The notes beneath the pieces are model-generated. The model was not told where the DNA came from, ran no database searches, and saw only the letters and a list, made by a program, of their open reading frames with translations. Below are positions 59,500-64,000 of a stretch of 64,000 bases of DNA, in pieces. This stretch comes from a bacterium (GTDB lineage: Bacteria; SZUA-182; DTGQ01): the NCBI GenBank assembly GCA_040752695.1, contig JBFMGO010000010.1, positions 96 through 64,095 of the forward strand, read 5' to 3'. Both the position numbers and the translations under genes were made by a program. Numbering within the stretch: position 1 is the first letter of the stretch; the number at the start of each line of letters is the position of its first letter.

Positions 59500-60033
59500 A
59501 TGCAAGAAAGAAAAGATACAGTCACCGTTCGTGGCAAATCGGTTACTCTTCTTGGTCCGGATCTGAAAGTTGGAGATAAGGCCCCGGATTTCAAAGCCCT
59601 CAGTTGCGTTACTCTCATTGACCAGGAACCAAAACAAGTCAGCTTGAAGGACTATGCCGGGAAAATATGCCTTATCAGTGTAACACCATCGCTCGATACA
59701 CCTGTCTGTGATTTGCAGGCAAGGAGACTTAATCAGGAAGCTGCAACATTTCCAAGGAATGTTGTTATACTCAATATCAGTATGGACCTCCCCTATGCAG
59801 CCAGACGGTTTTGCACAACTGCGGGGATAGAAAAGGTGGATGTCTTGTCAGACCACAAGGATGCATCTTTTGGGATGGCCTACGGGGTTTTAATCAAGGA
59901 ATTAAGGCTTCTGACCCGTTCTATCTTTGTCATCGATCAGAACGGCATTATCCGTTATAGGGAAATTGTCCCAGATACAACCAAGCACCCTGATTATGAA
60001 AGAGCCATTGAGGCAGTGAGAAGCTTATTATAA
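59500..60033 (+). CDS. tpx: thiol peroxidase (Tpx-type atypical 2-Cys peroxiredoxin)
   Basis: 'SVTPSLDTPVCDLQARRLN' (peroxidatic Cys) and the resolving Cys in 'RRFCTTAG'. Divergent from arsR. Confidence 0.85.
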   Translation: MQERKDTVTVRGKSVTLLGPDLKVGDKAPDFKALSCVTLIDQEPKQVSLKDYAGKICLISVTPSLDTPVCDLQARRLNQEAATFPRNVVILNISMDLPYAARRFCTTAGIEKVDVLSDHKDASFGMAYGVLIKELRLLTRSIFVIDQNGIIRYREIVPDTTKHPDYERAIEAVRSLL

Positions 60034-60139
60034 CTCAAGTTATCCTCCCCTCATCCCAAGCCCTCTCCCCGGAAGAAGGGGCGTTTAGGGTCTATCTCCC
60101 GGGAAAAAGGAAGATAAGGGAGATAAGGGAGATGATGCT

Positions 60140-60181
60140 GACAAGAGGGAAAAGTGCCTTGTGGCACTTTTCCCTCTTGTC
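60140..60181. repeat. 19-bp perfect hairpin
   Basis: 'gacaagagggaaaagtgcc-ttgt-ggcacttttccctcttgtc'. No T-tract. About 110 nt after the tpx stop. Confidence 0.7.
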
Positions 60182-60314
60182 AAGTAACGTGAGGGGGGAC
60201 TTTCAGACCTCATCCCCCCCCGCTCCTCTGCCACCTGGATTTCTGAATCCCGGCTCCTGAATTCTGATTCCTTTCTCCTGAGTCTTTTGCATCCTGATTT
60301 TGGTTTTATCCATT

Positions 60315-60338
60315 AATCTAATGCCCCTTCACAACCAA
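60315..60338. repeat. 24-bp palindromic element CCCC+TTCACAA-N6-TTGTGAA (copy 2, inverted)
   Basis: 'ccccttcacaaccaagtttgtgaa'. One or two mismatches to the reverse complement of copy 1. Confidence 0.6.
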
Positions 60339-60518
60339 GTTTGTGAATAGAAGAAATGAGGGTTAACCATAAGTTCAGCTAATTACGTCAACGTCATTCT
60401 GAGCGGAGGCTCAGAATGACGAAATGACCGGAATGGAGATCTTTGCCGAAGAAGCTGTTTCGCCTGCCGTCCAAATGGCTTGTCTCTATAATTTTAAGAG
60501 TAAAAGGGTACTTGACCT

Positions 60519-61910
60519 CTATTCTTGACCGCTTATAAAGAAATCAACGATCATGGCTGATGCCGAACCGCTGATGTTCCTTACAGCGACCGGTGTTTTA
60601 CGTCCGTTATAATCATTGCTGTTTGGGACACTATCCTGGCCGAAAAAGCTTTTAACCATTATTCCCGGCCAGGGGTCGCCAGCATCGCCGTCATTCGTAC
60701 CATTATTAAGATCAAAGGCTCCATCCGCCTGCTCGATGTCAACTTTGTAATGGGCCGGGGCATCCTGGCGAGCCACATGATCATCGACATGATAGATCAA
60801 AAGGCCATTTCCAGGCAGGCTATCGTCAAAGAGTACTTTTTGACGGTTCTCCACGAGGAAATATTGCTGCCCTGCAACTCCATTAGTCCACAAAAGATAG
60901 ATAGTGCCCTGGGTTTCCACCTGAGGAACAGTTATGCCGATCTGATTTGCTCTTACAGCTACGGGAGTTACCCAACCCAACTTGATTTTGGACCAGGCAC
61001 AAAAGTGAGCAGGCCGAGACCCTTGAGGAGAGCCGTTCCAACTGCCTCCCCCCATAACACCCCAGCTTCCGATGCCCTCTCCCCCCCTGTAGCCCACGTC
61101 GTACAAGTCCGGCAGGCCAAGCTCGTGGCCATATTCGTGGCAGAAAACACCAATCGTGCTGTCACCAGGAGACCAGGTAAATTCCGGTCCCATAGAATAA
61201 CCTTTAAACCTCATTCCATCCAGAACAGGCGGATTTTCCATCTCCCATCTATGCGACCAGATATAACCATTCGGATTGCTCGATGCTTCAGCACTCGAAC
61301 CCGCATGAAGGATAAAGAGACTGTCTACCTCACCATCGCCATTATTATCGTACAGCCTGTAATCTACATAGGGGTCTGCGGCAATGACCGCATCCTCAGC
61401 CAGTTTCTGGGCATTGCCCGGATAACGGCCCAGCCCTGATTGGCCGCTGACATAAAAGTTGTACGACTGCGGCATGCGAAACCAGTCCACAGCTTTTCCT
61501 GTTGTGCCATTTACATCACCGACAAGATCGAACTGGCCGTAAGACACCTCCTGAAAGTAGTCTCTCATGCTGCCCGAAGGGGAAACCCCAAGGCTGAACA
61601 AGAGCTGCCTGTATTGATCCTGGGCGGTTTGCCCTTTATAATCAGGGAAGTCCACCAGGAGAACCAGGGCCCGATACGTGCCTTTTGGAGCACGCAACGG
61701 CCCCGGGGCGTTCAATTGTGGTGAGCGCTCTTTCGCCTGCCGGTATATTTCCAGTGCCCGAACCCTTACACGTGCCCGTGCTTTCAGGTCCGGGTGCAAG
61801 GGCATGGCAGGCGCACTGGATACGGTAAGTGCAGTAATCAGGAGCACAGCCAGGCTGGAGATTAAGATTTCAGGACTGCAATATGCTTTGAAAGCTGTCT
61901 TCATCTTCAT
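60519..61910 (-). CDS. secreted M6 family metalloprotease (immune inhibitor A-like)
   Basis: Signal peptide. Zinc site 'VFCHEYGHELGLPDLYD' (HExxH...D), as in the M6/InhA family. Confidence 0.8.
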   Translation of the reverse strand: MKMKTAFKAYCSPEILISSLAVLLITALTVSSAPAMPLHPDLKARARVRVRALEIYRQAKERSPQLNAPGPLRAPKGTYRALVLLVDFPDYKGQTAQDQYRQLLFSLGVSPSGSMRDYFQEVSYGQFDLVGDVNGTTGKAVDWFRMPQSYNFYVSGQSGLGRYPGNAQKLAEDAVIAADPYVDYRLYDNNGDGEVDSLFILHAGSSAEASSNPNGYIWSHRWEMENPPVLDGMRFKGYSMGPEFTWSPGDSTIGVFCHEYGHELGLPDLYDVGYRGGEGIGSWGVMGGGSWNGSPQGSRPAHFCAWSKIKLGWVTPVAVRANQIGITVPQVETQGTIYLLWTNGVAGQQYFLVENRQKVLFDDSLPGNGLLIYHVDDHVARQDAPAHYKVDIEQADGAFDLNNGTNDGDAGDPWPGIMVKSFFGQDSVPNSNDYNGRKTPVAVRNISGSASAMIVDFFISGQE

Positions 61911-62914
61911 CTCTCTCTCACCTCATCTCTCACCTCTTGACTTACCCGCGTAAGATCAGAGATGATCCAGATGAGACTTCCCCTGCCCGCTGACTCACTA
62001 TCACCTTCGCTGTCTTCATTTGTCCCATTATCACCTGTCTTACCATCGCCATCACCACTTTTACTCTCACCACCACTCTCATTACGGACTGCCTTATCAT
62101 TACCCGCATGCAGGCTTGCTTCTCCCTCTATGGTATCTCCGGGCAAAAGGTAATAGGCCAGAAGATTCCTGCTGTTATTTGGTTCAGAAGGGATAAATGT
62201 GCCTTCCTTGTACAGGTAGTAAGGCTTGGCTGTAATAACCACGCCGGACCCCAGAAAATTAGAAAAGTCACCGACATCCCTGGATTCTAAAACCCTCAGG
62301 ACCACCTCAACCTCCGGGTAATCCTTCCTGCGAACCCTCAGGACACTGCCCACTATTCTGCTTTTGTTCGGGGAAATCGGAACTGGCGAGGGTGAGAGCT
62401 CAAGCCCGATTTCAGGCTCCTGACCATTCATGCGATCAATGTCCGTTACTGACCAGACAATATTTTCGGGGCCACCCTTAGCCTCGGCCACTGCCCTGAT
62501 CCGGTCCTGCTCAAATACATAGTAAGCTTGAAAATTGTGGATATTCTGCGGGTGACTGAATATGATCCTTCGAACCCCGTCCTTAAAATCATAAATATAT
62601 TGCGGGGAAACAGTAATTATCTGTCCCTCCTTTAAAAGATTGCTGAATTCGTTGATATCCATGGACTCAATGACCTGTAGTGTAAGAACAACTGCCGGAA
62701 ATTCACCTCTTTCAGCATTCAGCACCTCGGCAGTGATCTGGCTTTTATTGGGAATCACCGGGACCGTGGATTTCCCCTGAAGTATTCTCATTCTATCTCG
62801 AATCTGCTCTTCAGAAAGCCTGTTCCCGATCTGCATGATCCTTAAAAGCAGAATCCCGGCCAGTATCATGAGCACGCTTGCTATAAACAGTAAAATAAGC
62901 TGCTTTCTATTCAT
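61907..62914 (-). CDS. membrane-anchored protein with internally duplicated ~110-aa domain
   Basis: N-terminal TM 'LILLFIASVLMILAGILLL'. Two tandem homologous domains ('VPVIPNKSQITAEVLNAERGEFPAVVLTLQVIESMDINEFSNLL' and 'VPISPNKSRIVGSVLRVRRKDYPEVEVVLRVLESRDVGDFSNFL'). Gly/Asp/Ser-rich C-terminus. 4-nt overlap with the M6 gene. Confidence 0.5.
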   Translation of the reverse strand: MNRKQLILLFIASVLMILAGILLLRIMQIGNRLSEEQIRDRMRILQGKSTVPVIPNKSQITAEVLNAERGEFPAVVLTLQVIESMDINEFSNLLKEGQIITVSPQYIYDFKDGVRRIIFSHPQNIHNFQAYYVFEQDRIRAVAEAKGGPENIVWSVTDIDRMNGQEPEIGLELSPSPVPISPNKSRIVGSVLRVRRKDYPEVEVVLRVLESRDVGDFSNFLGSGVVITAKPYYLYKEGTFIPSEPNNSRNLLAYYLLPGDTIEGEASLHAGNDKAVRNESGGESKSGDGDGKTGDNGTNEDSEGDSESAGRGSLIWIISDLTRVSQEVRDEVRER

Positions 62915-62989
62915 CGTATCTATAACCTCCAGTTTAAACCATATCATTACATGGTTTTCCATGCTTGTTGAAGTCTATCGGAAGTCTGG

Positions 62990-63300
62990 AGGTAAAAACG
63001 CGAGTTGAGCTTTGGATATCGGACGTTGCTGGATGCGCTGTACCGAATGCCGGGTTCTGGATGCTCAGTACTGAGTGATGGATTCTGGATGCTCTGCTCT
63101 GGATGCTCTCTACTGGAGGCTGGAGTGCTGCATGCCGGAGTACTAGGTACTGGATACCGGGTATTGGAGTACCGGATATTGAATACAGATATATGATTAC
63201 GCTACCTGTTGCCGGGGGCAAGCTTCTGGCGACAGATATGCGTATTGGATATAGATACATGGTTACGCTACACCCGGTTACCCGCAGCCGTCAAGGGGTA
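62990..63300. repeat. array of degenerate short tandem repeats (CTGGATGCT / GGATA(C/T)TG words)
   Basis: 'ctggatgcgctgtac...ctggatgctcagtac...tggattctggatgctctgctctggatgctctctactgg...'. Later 'gatatatgattacgctacc' and 'gatacatggttacgctaca' direct repeats. Confidence 0.5.
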
Positions 63301-63340
63301 AGAGCATGTGCGCGCTATTCAAAAAGCGATTGACAACACC

Positions 63341-64000
63341 TTAGGCAAAAAGCAGGTCTGCCGCCCGCGAGATCATGGGCACCCCGCGGATTTCTGTCTC
63401 CAAGAGCGGCAAAACGGCACGGACCTGGCCCGCAAACCTTTGCCTGATGGTTTCCATGTGCCCGGCCTGCATGGCTGCACGGCTGCGCACGAATTCGGCT
63501 GCGTCGTCAGTTATCAGGGACGTATCGATCATCATGTTGACGATGACGCCGCCAACGGGAATTCCAAAATCATGGAACCATTCCACAAAGCGCGTGATTA
63601 CGGCAATGGGCAGTGCCTCTGGCAGCGTCACGAAAAAGAAACTGGTTTTGCCCGGATCGGTGAGCAGAACGCGGGCGTGTTCCATACGGTCCCGAAAGCC
63701 AACCAGATAATCCATAAGCGGGTCCGCTTCCTTTTTCTTGCTGAAAGAAAGCAGCTCACGCAAAGATCTGGCCTCCTGCCGGGATTTCATCATCTTGTTG
63801 ACCCATAGGCCATAAATCTTGGACATGCCGAGAAGTCGCCGTGCATTGGCCGTGGGGGCCGTATCAAAGACATAGATCTCGTATTCGTCCTTGAACATGA
63901 GGTCAATCATGTTCTCAAACATGGCCGACTCCTCGAAGGCGGGATTCATGGTGGCAGATTCCACGAAATCGTCAGCTTTGGTCCTCAGGTCGGCGAACTT
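63341..64000 (-). CDS. ArsA/GET3 family anion-transporting ATPase (partial, runs off window end)
   Basis: 'VFDTAPTANARRLLG' matches the DTAPTGHT signature region. The open frame continues past 64000 (the ORF-track M at 63964 is an internal GTG). Confidence 0.7.
   Translation of the reverse strand, partial: KFADLRTKADDFVESATMNPAFEESAMFENMIDLMFKDEYEIYVFDTAPTANARRLLGMSKIYGLWVNKMMKSRQEARSLRELLSFSKKKEADPLMDYLVGFRDRMEHARVLLTDPGKTSFFFVTLPEALPIAVITRFVEWFHDFGIPVGGVIVNMMIDTSLITDDAAEFVRSRAAMQAGHMETIRQRFAGQVRAVLPLLETEIRGVPMISRAADLLFA

Noticed and set aside
60140-60181. Intrinsic terminator for tpx.
   Set aside because: A perfect 19-bp stem, but it is followed by 'aagtaacg' rather than a U-tract. Kept as an unexplained hairpin or repeat instead.
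1-64000. tRNA, rRNA, tmRNA and RNase P genes.
   Set aside because: I scanned intergenic regions for a T-loop GGTTCGAATCC-like box and acceptor-stem symmetry and found none. The long AT-rich gaps (34474-35296, 56866-57808) show hairpins but no recognisable structured-RNA signature.

Overview
64-kb window from a bacterial chromosome, probably Gram-negative (TolC-type outer-membrane factor, BamE-like lipoprotein, beta-barrel OMP are all present). Positions ~494-17265, all on the minus strand, form one long operon. It reads as a pseudaminic-acid (Pse) type nonulosonic-acid pathway: pseB, pseC, pseI, pseG, an SpsF/PseF-type cytidylyltransferase, an aldo/keto reductase and a GSA-type class-III aminotransferase. 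Below these lies an unusual tailoring module: three paralogous ATP-grasp ligases, a GT-A-like protein, an FkbM methyltransferase, a split transketolase and an SDR reductase. No GNAT (PseH-type) acetyltransferase is visible. This looks like a pathway for a non-canonically N-acylated or modified Pse derivative and is the best candidate for an undescribed system. The rest of the window holds two tandem M20 peptidase paralogs, an AT-rich islet (20.7-24.3 kb) with small coiled-coil proteins and a secreted proline-rich tandem-repeat protein, and a TetR-TolC-MFP-RND efflux operon. Housekeeping genes follow: nfo, recJ, mltG, hisG, a PAS sensor kinase, dapL-like, folK, panB, a MutS-family ATPase, rarA and ftsH. 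There are also two CPBP (Abi) proteases, a second AT-rich islet (45.0-46.4 kb) with a glycine-zipper bacteriocin-like peptide, and an M6 metalloprotease operon. A repeat-dense region (57.4-60.4 kb) has MITE-like inverted elements and a 24-bp palindromic element bracketing an ArsR-family regulator, an unannotated 45-aa Cys/His-rich ORF and tpx. A family of degenerate short tandem repeats recurs in several intergenic regions. No rRNA, tRNA or CRISPR array was recognised.
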